64,000 bases of DNA, from assembly GCA_025201805.1 (NCBI GenBank), contig MU619311.1, forward strand, positions 14,567 to 78,566, written 5' to 3'. Positions 25,205-38,616 of this stretch are shown piece after piece. Source of the stretch: Parasitella parasitica NRRL 2501. Its lineage: Eukaryota > Fungi > Mucoromycota. Position 1 is the first letter of the stretch. Each line of letters begins with the position of its first letter. A program made the position numbers and the translations under genes. The notes under the pieces were generated by a model. That model ran no database searches. It had not been told where the DNA came from and saw only the letters and a list, made by a program, of their open reading frames with translations.

Positions 25205-26025
25205 ATGCCAGGAGGTTTAGAAAGACAAAATGCTTTCAGTGAATACTGCCAATCAAAGCCATTCATTCAGGTAAACAACTCTTTACATTGTGAACCGCTT
25301 TCTTTTTTTTTTCAATTTCGTTCCTTATATTAAACTGGTTCCACTTAGTTACGGTGTCTTATTTGTGAAGAATATGAACATGACGGAGACTGGATCAAAA
25401 TAAAATGTCATTGCAGTGCTCCCCCATATAGCGATAAATATGCCTACACACATAAACATTGCCTGCAAATGTCTAATAAATGCAAAGCATGCGGCCAGTC
25501 CTACAGTAGACAACATCTCACAACTGCTACCCGTATACCAAATACCCAGGAATTTCAGCTCTCCGTTCTGTTATTAGGTATATATATATATATGTATATA
25601 TATTATCATTGAGAAAAACATGCCCTTGAATAGCCAAATTATAACCTTTGCATCTAGAAAACGTGCGGAAATATAGAGTGTATATCTCGTTGTCAATCTG
25701 CTTCATTGTCGGCTTTTTGATATTCAAAGATGCACTTGGCTGCATTACAGTTGATTTGGTTGATGGACAGGATCTGGAGGGGCTAACAGACGCAGACTAC
25801 TTGTATTTACCGGTAAGTGATTTTAAATTAAATGAAAATTACTCTTCTTATATTTTGTATGCATTATACAAAAAAAAAAAAAAAAAAAATCCCACCCCCA
25901 CCCTTAACAACACACAGAGATTTCACAAAACATGCTTTCAGTCAATGTCAGCCAAAATACAGACAGAACTCGTTATATGTTTTGTAATCATGTTGTGTTT
26001 ATTTTTTGACCGTTTTCTTTCTTAA
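25205..26025 (+). CDS. Small RING-variant (C4HC3, MARCH-like) membrane E3 ligase candidate
   Basis: Exons 25205-25270, 25349-25577, 25658-25812, 25918-26025 join in frame. Exon 2 encodes CLIC...CHC...HKHC...CKAC; two hydrophobic helices follow. Confidence 0.75.
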
Positions 26026-28911
26026 TGTGCTAGAAGATTTCTTTTTGCTGGGTGAACGTGATTTCTTTAATTTCGTACAGCCTTCACCAGTCATTAGATG
26101 CAGCTTCCATCCCTCATCATTTTCTGGTTCGATCGCTATCAAACACAAAGGACACTGTATTTTACTCACTACGAAAAAGACGTTAATATAATCAAGTCAA
26201 TAAAGCTATATACGCATTTTACCACTGCATGTTTGCTTTAATGTATGCTGGAGCCATTGCTCAACTGGAATCGCCTGGAGACATCGATTACATTGCTTGA
26301 TTAGATGCTTCTTTTCGCAATCTTCCAACATGTGCTCATTCAATGAAGATATCTCAGTAATCTATTTCAGTATATTAGTAAAATTCAGTAATATATATAT
26401 ATATATGTATAAAGAGTACTCACAATTTGGCACATGGGACAATTGGTAAGAACTGGACAGGTATTGTAATAGTGCTTGATGAGCGAGTCTTCATTGAATT
26501 CAGGGTTGACTTCGTCGCAAAAGACGCAGACACTGTCTTCGTTCATCAAGTCGTCAGCTTGTGCTGCTGGTGCAGGCTTCGGTTTGGGTTTTTCTTTGGT
26601 TGTCGTTGTTGCTGCTGGCGTTGATCTGGTGGTAGTCTTCCTGACAGAGCGAGTGCTGTTGGTGGCAGTTGTAGACGTTGATTTCTTCTCTCTTGTTGTA
26701 GTTGACACGGCAGACTTTTTCACCCGTGTAATAGTTTTCTTTTCGGGACGAACTACAGTCAGAGCTCGCAATTCGGTCAGCGTGTCCTTTGTCACAGAGC
26801 CCTTCTTGAAAAATGAACCGTTGTCAAACAATTTCTTGACTGAGTCTGCTAATGTGAGCTTCAACGGCTCGTCTATATACGGACTGACATGGTGAAATCC
26901 GAATCGATCCGCTACGGCAACCAACAACTTGACGGCTGCCTGCTTAACGTCTTCATGTACGTGCTTGAGATACGCTACTACAAAGGACATGACGTCTTGC
27001 AATTGCACTGCTTCACCGAATCTAGAGACAGTTGTCTCTACCAGCTGCACACGTGCCTTGGCCTCCCTGTGGTTGTGGATGATTCTTTCAGGTTTACAGA
27101 CATAACATGACATGAGTGGATATTCCTGTACCAGCACCAAAACAAGCTCTGTAGCCGTTTGTCTGATATTAACATTGCTATCGGAGGTTCGTTTGAGCAA
27201 GCCGCCAAAGGCGCGTTCCATGTAGTACATGTCAGCCAACTTGGCGATCTTCTGGTGGGTTTGGTGCCAAACATCCATGGCGAGGCACACGATCGTCTCT
27301 CGTGAGTCCATAACGGCTTCCTGCATCATGAGCAGGGTCGCGTGGACTACATTCTGATTGGCTTGGTGATCTGCGTCCTGCTCGGCCTGCTGGGCGATAT
27401 ACTGTTCAATTTGTGTCAAGCCTCGTTTTCGGCATATAGCCTTGATGCTAAGCACGCATGCCACGGTGTCTTCCCCAAAGATTTCGATGGGAAGGGTATA
27501 CGGTATGCGTTCTTCCTCCATGATAGGCTCGGGTATACTTTCAGGATCAAGTGGGGGTATATATTGCTTGTTGCTCGATGATATCTCAGGCTCTTCGATC
27601 AATGTATCGTCTGTTGCGTTTGGATGTGATTTCTGGTCGAAATCGAAAGCGGCGTCGTGTTGTATTTCTAACGATGCAACAGGTTCGTCTTGCTCCATAG
27701 CTACGTCCTCGTCATCGAGTGTTATAACTCGGCCGTCTTTGATGCAAATATGCGCCTTCTTCAGTATGGCTTCTGCTGCCTGTTTGATTTCTGCTATGTC
27801 GTCTTTGATTTTTTCGGCTTCATCGTAGTCTTTTGTGTCAACGGCATGTCGTTTGCCGATTTCCAGATCGGACAGTATCTTGGTGAAACGCTCTAATTTA
27901 TCGCCAAGGTGTTTGTACGTTTTTGCAATCTTGTATGATTCATCTAGGCTGAGCATTAGTCTTTTGGCATTCCTCATTAAAATAGGATGTAATTACCCCT
28001 GACAGCTTCTTCTTCGGCATTGAGCAGCGCTATAGTCCATTGCTGTAATTCAGCTTCGGCTACGCTGGTTGTGGGTGACCTATTGGCTTGGCTTTGAGTG
28101 CTAGAAATACTCGTTCGCCTTGTGGATGAGCTGAGGACGCTATTGTCATCGAACGATCTCTGCTGAAGTAGTTTTGAAGGAGGAATCATGTCATTTTTAT
28201 CGATTAAATGTACTGGGTGGCCTAGTATGTTTAAAGCAAGAATTCCAACCTAGTCTAATGTCAGTGTGCGTTTGTATTTCTTAAAGTGATAGGTTACTCA
28301 CTTGATTGTACTCATTCAGTCTATTGCGATGGCAGTTTCTTATCACTAGTCGTACAAATTCACCATCAACGTTTATCTTGATGGACTTTAGCTCCCGAGC
28401 GCTGTATTGTGCGCGTGCGTTATTATCAAAACAAACATAGCTAAATATGGAGCCTGATTTAATACAGCAGAGCAATAATTCATACATGTACGCTTACCCT
28501 AATTTTGAAAACTCGACCAACATGTTGTCTTCGTCTTCGCACGGTGGCGTATCTGGCACAATGTCTTCTAGCACATCTTTAGGATCTTTTAGGACACCAA
28601 TATACACATCTATTCTCGTCGCAATTTTAAAGTGATGTGATAAAATCTGAACATTGGAGATGCGACTGGTGCCAGATAATAGGTGGATGATCAAATCTTG
28701 AGGGTATTCAGGGCATCTAGGAACAATGTAAGTAACGCTGCTAAATACTAGCTCAACGGCTTTACTTTGGTGTTTGCCATCCTTTGCATTTTGTCTGTTG
28801 GTGAGGCTCTACTTGGTTTCCAGGACTACTGTTTACCAGCTGTTCTGGACTGTATTCGTCGTCCCAAGAGGAGCAATGAACAACCTCGTAAGGCAGAGCG
28901 TTACTTTTCAT
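25999..28911 (-). CDS. CEP104: Centrosomal protein CEP104 homologue
   Basis: N-terminal jelly-roll region (KGWQTPK|CPEYPQDLII, NNARAQYSARELKSIKIN, HRNRLNEYNQV), coiled coil KRHAVDTKDYDEA, HEAT/TOG region, C-terminal zinc fingers CVFC...HYYNTCPVLTNC and CPLC...GWKLHLM. Confidence 0.92.
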
Positions 28912-29386
28912 TTTTCAAATATTGCAGAAGAAAGAGAAAGAGAGAGAGAGAGAGAGGAAAAAATAATTTTTGAATCTGGGTCACCTTCAAGCTAAAAAAA
29001 AAAAAAAAAGTGGATCACTCGTGGCTCTGCATAAAATAGTATCATTTACCATAGCCCACTTGTCTGCTAAAATAAAATACACATCCCCTGAAGCACACAC
29101 GGATCCCCTTGAAAAAAGGTTCCACACAAACTATATATTTATACAACCAGCACGTTTCCTGAAATAAATGTCAAAAAGCTGCTGCTATTCAAAATTTAAA
29201 GGAGAAAGAGCTAAGGATAGCAAACGAAGCAGCCCTTCTTTTTCATTTGCTTGGTGTTATTTTTTCTAGTGTTGTGTTACACTTGTATTAAAAAGTAATT
29301 GATTGCGTCTAGTTCTTTGTTCTCTTCTTTCTCTCTCTCTTTTTTTTTTCCTCTCTCTTACCTGATTTGTAAAACATTTCATTGTC

Positions 29387-30436
29387 ATGAATAACAACAA
29401 TAGCAACAGCAATGTTTCATCCAACATGAAAAGATCAAAAAAGCCTATGCCGCTCTTTGGCCTATTTCGCAAAAATAAGCCTGATCCAGCTGCAATCGAG
29501 CAATCTCAATTGGGATCTGGCGTGTCGACGGTGCCATTCAATTCCATGTTGTCTCCAACATATCATCACTATCACCAACAACAGCACGACCCTTATTCTC
29601 CGCCTAGAATTCCAAAGCCATCAGTGTCTGACTCTCGCCGACCCACAAGACAACACCCACAGCAGCATCTGCAGCAGCATCTGCAGCAGCAACAACAACA
29701 ACAACAGCAACAGCAACAGCAAAGACACCGCATGAGGCAAAGATCAAAGTCTGTTGGCAGAGATCCCTCTACTGCTATGCTTGAAGAAAGAGAATTGGCT
29801 CTCAACAAATTGTGCAGACGAGAACCTCCCTCATCGCTGGTCGATTCGCTTCCTCTTTTATCACCTACCTATAATGCTGCACCACCCGTACCTCCTATTC
29901 CATTAAAACACCAACCCAACAGCCCCAGTATGCGTAAATTCAGTTCGGCTCATGATTTGCGAAAAGCAGCCAAACTTCAACAAGAATCAATGCACCAGCA
30001 AGTTCCATTACCCAAGAAGCAGCACGAACTATCCCGCTCAAGATCCTTGTCAACTTCTCCCCGTAAATTGCAAGCTAGTAAATCATATCAAAACCTGACG
30101 AAATCACCTACTACACCCACTATTCGCAGATTTAAGAAACCACAAAAGCCAAACGACGATTCGGATGATGACATTCCCCTGGGGTATTTACAATCACCTA
30201 CAAGTAAACCATCAAGCTTGCTAAGCGATCAAGAAGAAGACGACGACAAGGATCTAGTGCCCATTGCCGCTTTGGATGTGAGGCCGACCGAAGAATTCCA
30301 AACTGCAGCAGATAAATATAAATTAAAAGTAAAAGAAAGACTGCAATTCAGCAGCGATGCAGAAGACGACGACGATGACGATATTCCAATTTCCTTGGCT
30401 CTAATGTCTCCAAAAGGGAAAAATAAGATGAAATAA
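29387..30436 (+). CDS. Hypothetical disordered Pro/Ser/Gln-rich protein
   Basis: 349-aa intronless ORF with a polyQ tract and repeated DDDDIPL-type motifs. Confidence 0.75.
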   Translation: MNNNNSNSNVSSNMKRSKKPMPLFGLFRKNKPDPAAIEQSQLGSGVSTVPFNSMLSPTYHHYHQQQHDPYSPPRIPKPSVSDSRRPTRQHPQQHLQQHLQQQQQQQQQQQQQRHRMRQRSKSVGRDPSTAMLEERELALNKLCRREPPSSLVDSLPLLSPTYNAAPPVPPIPLKHQPNSPSMRKFSSAHDLRKAAKLQQESMHQQVPLPKKQHELSRSRSLSTSPRKLQASKSYQNLTKSPTTPTIRRFKKPQKPNDDSDDDIPLGYLQSPTSKPSSLLSDQEEDDDKDLVPIAALDVRPTEEFQTAADKYKLKVKERLQFSSDAEDDDDDDIPISLALMSPKGKNKMK

Positions 30437-30497
30437 AGAGATTTGTTTTATCTTTTATTTTTGTGAATAAGGAATTTACCAATTGGCCAGGGTTCTG

Positions 30498-31825
30498 CTA
30501 AATGCTAGCTTCTTTGTAGCCAGGGATATCTTTGTCATTTTTCTTGACACGGAACTCCTTTCGTGAGTATCGGATATCCCTGCATCGTTTGAAATTAGAT
30601 ATTTGAGGGTCACTAGTGATTTTACAGATATGCAAACTTTTTTAACCTCTGCCCAACCATGTATTTGGGAATATAAGTTTCTTCGTATCTTGTAAGACCT
30701 CGAAAAGAATTTCTTTGGTTCCAGTGAGCCCGTTTGATCTAGTGTTCAATGAGCAGTGTACTGCTTCTTGTGAAATTAGACCGATCTGCAGTTGCAAATC
30801 TGACGTTATCGCTTTGATGTCTTTGATGGCTTCATTATATCAGCCTTACCGCATCCATCTATGTGTAATACCCTTGGTACTAGGTTTACAGCAAGGATTA
30901 GATGGGGTGTTTCCTCATTTGGACCGTTCAACGTTCTTAATCTACGTACAAATTTGAGTCGTTGTCGTCTGTATTTTTTTAGCTAGATGCTCTGTTTTAT
31001 CTTTAATGACTCTATCTTTCCAACAAATACAAACAATTGTTTCGCTAAACGCGTGAGCAGTTAAATACCACACTCTTCTGTGTATGTTTTTCATGGATAT
31101 AATGAAACCGGATGATACCCAGAAGTCTGAATTTCCGGGAAGGTGCTTTCTTTTGTACTGCGTACTCTAGTTATATGTATTTTGTGATCTTTGCGTTTGT
31201 ACCCACTCTTCTGTCAGTGGCATTGGACGACCCGTATTAGAAATTTGTTTAAAGTAAATTTAGACAAACATAATTTTTGAAGGTTTCCTACCAATTAGTT
31301 GTTTAACAGCAATTGATCTTGAGGTGTTATCGATTGCACGAGATTTGGTCAGTAGAAGCTTATGCAGGTATCTGATATAATCATATATATTAATATATTC
31401 AATCAAGATTCTATTCCTTACTTGCAGTCAAAGTTAAAGGATCACATCAAATGTAATAATTTCATGTTTCCTCAAAGTTGTATCCAAGTAATTGTATTAT
31501 CACACCAACTCCAAATGTACCATCAAACATAGATGCACTTTTAATAACCAGGAGATCTAGTCATCTTCAAAAGGTTTTTCTGGAAGGTTTGCAGACCATT
31601 CAGAGTACCACCTCACATCTTTACTGCTACAAGACAAAATCACCTCCAAGCTTTGACCTCTAATTTTAGGCCATAAACCAACTCGGGTACATATTTTACT
31701 CCCCAAACCGCAAAATAAGATGTAAATCGTGGAAGATGTGATGCTGGAACTCAGTTCTAATTCATGCAAAATCTGATGGATGTTACTACAGAATAAACCA
31801 GATCAATCCACAATTTTTTAAGCAT
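30498..31825 (-). CDS. Possible multi-exon hypothetical gene
   Basis: Several GT...AG-bounded open segments (e.g. FRGLTRYEETYIPKYMVGQR|DIRYSRKEFRVKK). No family recognised; start and full frame not resolved. Confidence 0.35.
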
Positions 31826-32112
31826 ATATTTTCTGACTGCAATGTTTAAAGGTTGACCATCCTATGTACATGTATTCGGCTGATTTCATTACTGATCTGG
31901 TTCCTTAATTTTTTACCACGTACAGCACGTGAACAGCCATTAGACACTGGGGTAAATATACGTCACAGTGCCCCCAACTGCGAATCACGATGCTTTTAAA
32001 GGGCACTGGCCATTGGCAAAGATCAAGACATCATCCACTGCTCTTTCCGTCTTTATCTTTCCATTTTTTCATTTTTTTCATTTTTTTTCTTCAATTTTTT
32101 CATATATGCATA

Positions 32113-33779
32113 ATGAAAGTTGAATCTGATATACCTCATAGAACTACATCTTATCAAAGATTGGTCGAAAAATTGAAAAGAAATCCCTCAGAGCGTGTCG
32201 ATACCAAAGATTGGCCAAGGCCCACCACCCCTAAAGAGGTGATACAACATGCAATTAAGGGCGCAACCAGTAAGCAAGAAAGAGACGTTTCACACCATAT
32301 GACATCCTCTTTCTAACAACTCAATTAGGAGCATTTGTGCTGGCTTATGGTGTTAGAGCAACTGTCAATTTTTGTTTATACCTTATACGTATCCTGAGGG
32401 GAAAGTAAATACCACACGCTGCGAGATATATAATGAAATCTCAAAAAAAAATCAACACATTCAAATAGAGCATCTTGGGATCATCTATTGCAAGCATCGT
32501 TTAAAAATTTGGATTCAGTTCGATTTGGCGCTATGTTTGGTTCTTTTGCATTACTATGGAAATCTGTCAATAATGGCATGCGCTTATATAGGGGAAAGGA
32601 CGATCGTTTGAATGGCTTGGTGGGTGGTGCGGTGGCGGGTCTCAGTATTTTGTTTGAAAAGAAAGAACGCAGAGTGGATATTGCTCAGCAAATGTTGGTG
32701 AGGTAGGATATGATTGTTTCTCGGGAGAGGTAGTGTCCAAATTTAACATGAAAAAAAAAAAAAAAAAAAAAAAAATAGAGCATTGCAAGCCCTTTATAAT
32801 GCCGGTAAAGCAAGGGATATCTTTTATTTTAAACATGGTGATGCTTTATTGTTTGCCGTTACTTGTGCACAAGTGTTGTATGCGTATACAATGAGGCCTG
32901 AAACCTTGCCACCCGACTTCTATGCATTCATGGTGAAGGCTGCAAGGTGTCCAGAAGGGGCTCTTCGTTTGAATGAGAAGACTGTGCGGGGTATACCTAT
33001 CAATGCTGAAGAAGCACTGGCAGTGGTTCGGAAACTGCATCCTACAACACAATCTCTTAATGTAGTGAGTCAATTACCCATAGGTACATCCGCTATTCCC
33101 TGGTAAGAAGAATGTTTGTTGATGCATAATTTGAAACTAATGCTGCTTCACTAGTGAAATACTTCACCCCTGGATTGACAGTTGCCATGCAACCGCATTT
33201 GATAGATTTGCTAAGGTATTCAAGAGCTTTTTGCCGGTTTATGGCACACTTCACTTTGTTCCCATGCTGCTGCTTCGTTCTCAACATTTCAGACGAGAGT
33301 AAGATGGTGTTTCCTATGTTTAGACGCATGTATATTAACAGTTTTCTATCATTAGTCCTGCTAACATGCTGTCCAAAACTGCAATCGCTACGCTGAAATC
33401 AGGCACATTTTTGGCTACATTTGTCACATTATATCAATACTATATTTGTATGCATAGAAACTTGTTCAAAACTGGCTTGATTGGGAAATGGAACTCGAAA
33501 TATATATATTACATTGCCGGCTTTCTTTGTTCTTATCCAGCTATCTTTTTGGAGGACAAAAAGAGACGTAGTGAGCTCGCTCTTTATGTTTTGCCCAAGG
33601 CAATCCAAAGTTTCTATCAGATTGCTTATTCTCATAGCTGGATTTTCAAGGTGAAGCATTTTGAGGTGGTTATGACAAGTTTTGCAATGGGTATCATCAT
33701 GTCATTTTACCAGGAAGAAGCTGACGTATTGTCATCATTTGTCCGCAAGATCATGTATCAATTTTTCCAAAAGAATTAA
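32113..33779 (+). CDS. TMEM135: Transmembrane protein 135 (peroxisomal PMP52-like)
   Basis: GAVAGLSILFE, HGDALLFAVTCAQVLYAY, FLEDKKRRSELALYVLPKA. Confidence 0.88.
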
Positions 33780-35336
33780 AATTAATAAAACATTCGATGT
33801 ATTGAGAGAGCCACTGTGTTCCTGAATTTTTCCAGTTGTGTTGATAGTGAAACATTCTTATACTCCTTCCTACATTCCGCTCATTGTACTGTCAATCTGT
33901 TTATCTCTCTCTGTGGTAAGACTAACTATGCTCTTTCTTGTCCTCGTAATAAGCTTGGCTCATTACAATTTTAGCTTATTCAAATTAAGATTCTGATAAC
34001 CCATCAAACTGAGAGTAGCTCTAAAATAGTAGGAGTGAGAAACGTATGCATTTCAATATTGCTGACTCATTGTCATGTTCATTCGTCAAAAACATGTTGG
34101 TTGTTCATTCTGTCCAATCAAAACGAAGCAAGAGATTAAAATGTACAAGTTAGGTTGTACCCTATAATGGTTGTACGAACCAAATGGCTACTCACATTAT
34201 GGTAACAATGCAATTGAGCTGCGACATTTTCATTGTCGCAAAAATTTAATGATCTCCCCCTGCTATTGTTTACTTGATTTGTGTAAATGTGGATTATTGA
34301 GTAAAATCATTCACGATCTTGTCAGTTGTAGAATGGATCAACGATCGTGGTATTACAGATTTCATGTTTTGGCTATTATACTATTAGCCAATTAGCTATC
34401 AGTCGCTTTTCCCTAACTCATTTCTAACCTTTCTAACCTTCTGTGCCCCTTGATGCCTACAGTCTTTGTTAATCCATTGATTTAACAAAGAGCCGTCGCC
34501 ATTCACAATGGAATACACAAGAATATTTTTCAGAGCTCAAATATCCTGGAACTTTGGCAAGGCTGACAGACAGGATAATTCGAGAGGTGCACAATTTCAT
34601 GTCTTAGACAGTTCCTCTTTATGACATGTTCTAAGTGATTTGTTGAATTGAGATTCATCCTAGGTACTATATTCACATTTTGTAATCTTCTAAATGATGG
34701 ATACAGATCTTTTTGCACGTCAGTATCAAAGGTAGACTCATATATGCTACAAAAGCTTGCCATTGCGATAAACAAAAGAGAAGTTTAACACAAGAAGATA
34801 ATATGTGTACATTCATCTCTTAATACAAGACTGCAATATTACAGATAAAAATGAAATTTGGAAGTCCATAGTTCAAGTGGTTAGAGCAGTGAAGATCATA
34901 TTTTTTTTTTCAGGCATTTATAAAGAAAACCATCACTTGGAACAAAAACAAACCACTTCTTTTTGCAGTCCTATTATTTCTCTTAAATTTGAGCATTAAT
35001 CAAAGGATAAACGTTTTTTTCGCAAAGCATAGATCAATGTAAATGAACCTGCTTCAGTCGTTGCAGTAGCAAATTCGCCTCAAGTTTTGAGTTGCAACTT
35101 GGTTCTTGTTTCAATGCACAGATCTTGAATTCTTTTAAGCGGGAGTGAAGGTTCTGGTTGGAATTATTTAGTATGGACACATGAAGAACTGCAATCTTTG
35201 GCTTTCTGTTGTTGTGCCATTCTTCCCTTTTTTAAACTCAACAGAAAATCCTATTATACTTTCAAAGAATGAAATGTATTTCAAGGCATGATTTTTTTTA
35301 CTCCTTTTTTCTTCTTTTCCTTCATATTACATTACA

Positions 35337-36963
35337 ATGAATAAATTAAAAACCGTATTTCAGCGTTCATCTCAAAAACAAAGTATAGTTCAAGATAGAC
35401 GGCCGCAACAATTTGTAAAAAGACATTCTTCTGTAACTGCACCTGCAGCACCAACAGCGCCTTCAATCTTTCCAAGCATCAGCACTTGTAATGGTGATCC
35501 ACCAGCCATTGGATTTGATGATTTGTCGGAAGTAGAGAAACCAGCGTATCGGTCATGGTGGAGAGATTTGGATCCGTTTAATTTGGGGAAAATCAATAAC
35601 CAAACCGTTTTGAAGTTCCTTAATGGATGTAGTCTGCAAGATGATAAACTGGAACAGGTAAGTTTATTTGTGCCATTCTTTCGCCGCAGCAATACAAACA
35701 AATTTATTGTAGATTCTGGTCCTGTTTGAGACTGCAGGCGATGGACTAAACAAGCTACAGTTTTTTGCTATGTTGCGTTTAATTGCTCATGCTCAAAATG
35801 GACGGAAAATCAGCGGAGCCCTTGTCTATTTAGGAGGTAACAAAAAAAAAAAAAAAGACATATTTAAGGTTACAAAGTAATAATCGATGGGGCTGATGAT
35901 TTAATTTTATTCCGTAGCTCCAATTCCCCATTTTCATTGTAATGCTATCGATGTTTTGATTAAATCAGACATTGTACCTCGACTACAGCAAGAGAATATT
36001 AGCAGCGATGAGAAAAACTCGCAAGAAAATGGACTAGAGATGATGCCAAATACAATGAAATCATCGCCACAAAGAAAATCTTGGTGGGGTCATGAAAAGC
36101 AACAGCAGATTGAAAGCCGGCGTTCTTCTATGGGCCCCTTTTCTGCACATCCACCTATACCAAACACCAGATACACATCTGAACCTGAAACTCCAACAAC
36201 TAGCTCAGGGCAAGATTATTTTTGCTCAATACCCTCAATCCATCATATTCCCAATCATGTTACCACTACTATTCTTAATGCACCTAATAGCCAACACCAG
36301 TGGCCTCAAACAATCCGCCGGGAATCAATTTCAACAAACGAAGCGGATGCTAATAATATGATACGACCTGTTTTCGCTAGCGCAATGGCGGCAACAGCTA
36401 CAATTACACCTGTAACACCAAATATTATACAATTAGAGGAGAAACAGCAATATACACACAACCGGTCTAGGTCTGCAGGCAATCCAAGTGATTTCAATCA
36501 TAATAATCCATATGAATTACCGTCAAGTCATGCACCAACGGAAGACCAATTGCCTTCAACCCGATCGTCACTATCATTGCATGAATTAAACACAGGCCAA
36601 ACCCTTTTATTGACGCAAAAGTTTGTTTACCAATCACCTTCAATTCGTAATCAAGCGCTATCCTCTGCAAACCCTTTCAACTTAACAGATGAGCAGCCGT
36701 TAACAAGTCCATTTGGCGACGAAAATCATAGTGATGAAGACGACCGACCAAACGACCTCATCAATTATAAACCCAACAAGCATTGCATACTCCCACCACC
36801 TGTACCTACTCAATCAACAAAACCCGCATTTCCAAAATACACAAGAACGAATAGCTTTCTTATCAAGCGAAGCCAGAGCACTGCGACCGTCGATCGGAAA
36901 GAAAATTTCAACAAGCATCAACGACATCAATCTACTGATGTAACCCAAGACATTTTATATTAA
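35337..36963 (+). CDS. EH-like domain protein with disordered C-terminus
   Basis: EKPAYRSWWRDLDPFNLGKI...KFLNGCSLQDDKLEQ|ILVLF...QFFAMLRLIAHAQNG; NPF motif and PxxP tracts downstream; introns ~35657-35712 and ~35837-35917. Confidence 0.8.
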
Positions 36964-37798
36964 ATAAATTCATAGTTTGAGAGAAAATTGGATGAAAATA
37001 TTATCATATCGAGGGACGACACCTTTTTGCAAGTTAATTTTATATTTAGATGAGCTGTCTTTCACCCTGAACGATGGCGAAAAAGAAAATGTATAACCTG
37101 AGGGAAGCAAAGATCGAGTTTTTTTAAACCTTTGTTCTGAAGGGGACAATGCACAGTTCTCGCCTTATGGTAGGCAATATTAAGAAATATACAATGTTAA
37201 TCAAACGGGTTTTTTTTTGGTGGAAGACATTGTGTATTATTACCACGAATAATCAAACATATCACATATATTTGCTCATAACTTGTGCTAAAATGACAGT
37301 AGAACCGTGATCTAACTTGGAAAACTTAGCATTGACTTGGCATTATCTCGAGGACACATTTGTATCCATGTTTTTATTGAAATATAGAAATTTATCTGCT
37401 GAAACCATACGAAAATAGCATATAAGCGCTGATAGGCTGCGATAAAGAGCAAAATAAACACAGTCTTATGCGCCATAAAAACAGGCATGATCATCGCTAT
37501 CTGAGCATAACTTGATTTCCACTGGGCGATGTCTCTATCAAACGTCTTTCTGTTTTCTGTAGCGGAGTTTTACATAAAGATCACGTGATTTTTTTTTTCT
37601 TATTTGGTAGTAGTATTGCGATGCTTATGATGCTGAAACTAAATGAGTTACTTATTATTTTTGATCATCATCGGTGGTGATAGCAGATTCCAAATCAATA
37701 AAACGCATTTCAGGAGTAGTATATTAAACCATTAAATACTGATAGTTCAGTGTTGATTGTGGAGCCGTTATAGGATTGTTGTATCCATAGAATACCAT

Positions 37799-38616
37799 TG
37801 ATGTGTCAATTTCCCAACCGGAAGCCAAACTCAAGTAAACTCAATCCTGAATAAAATTCAGGAACACATTCCAACGGATCATGTTCCTTATTTATAACTC
37901 AACATGACATGTTCATGGACAATAAATACAACCTATCGTTCCATTCTTTAAATCACACCATGTCTCAAATTTGTATTTCATCCTTCCGTCAGTCCATTTA
38001 GATTCACTAGTATATAAACCATCATTTTTTTCATGTAATAAACGAGATCTTTACCTGATTAATTCACAACCGTTTTATTTGAATAATTTCTCAATCTGAT
38101 AACTCAGTACATTAAGATGTTGGCACATAATGCTGGTTCAAATAAATACATCCAGAAGAAGTATTTCTAATAAAAGTGTAAAACTCTGTGGCAGATTTAT
38201 TTTACTGACTGATTTGACAAAACAGTACCGATCGCTATGTTTTTCAAGTTTCATTTCGGTTCTACAGTTCATTTAAAAGTTATGACCAAATGTCTGTTCA
38301 ATATTTTGTGATTTACCAGAATGAGAAATTATTCAAATAAAACGGTTGTGAATTAATCAGGTAAAGATCTCGTTTATTACATGAAAAAAATGATGGTTTA
38401 TATACTAGTGAATCTAAATGGACTGACGGAAGGATGAAATACAAATTTGAGACATGGTGTGATTTAAAGAATGGAACGATAGGTTGTATTTATTGTCCAT
38501 GAACATGTCATGTTGAGTTATAAATAAGGAACATGATTCGTTGGGATATGTTCCTGAATTGTGTTTAGGATTGAGTTTACTTGAGTTTGACTTCCGGTTG
38601 GGAAATTGACACATCA
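37799..38616. repeat. Long inverted repeat (arms ~37799-38102 and ~38313-38616, spacer ~210 bp); foldback/MITE-like
   Basis: By-eye alignment: 37879-38093 is the exact reverse complement of ~38322-38536; the outer ~80 bp have about 7 substitutions. Confidence 0.95.

Noticed and set aside
29593-29808. Poly-Cys ORF
   Set aside because: Antisense reading of the CAG/CAA polyQ tract.
33800-35220. Possible minus-strand multi-exon gene
   Set aside because: Could not build a stop-free spliced frame or recognise a family.
38365-38502. 45-codon frame ending CIYCP duplicated in both inverted-repeat arms
   Set aside because: No convincing start or upstream exon; length compatible with chance.
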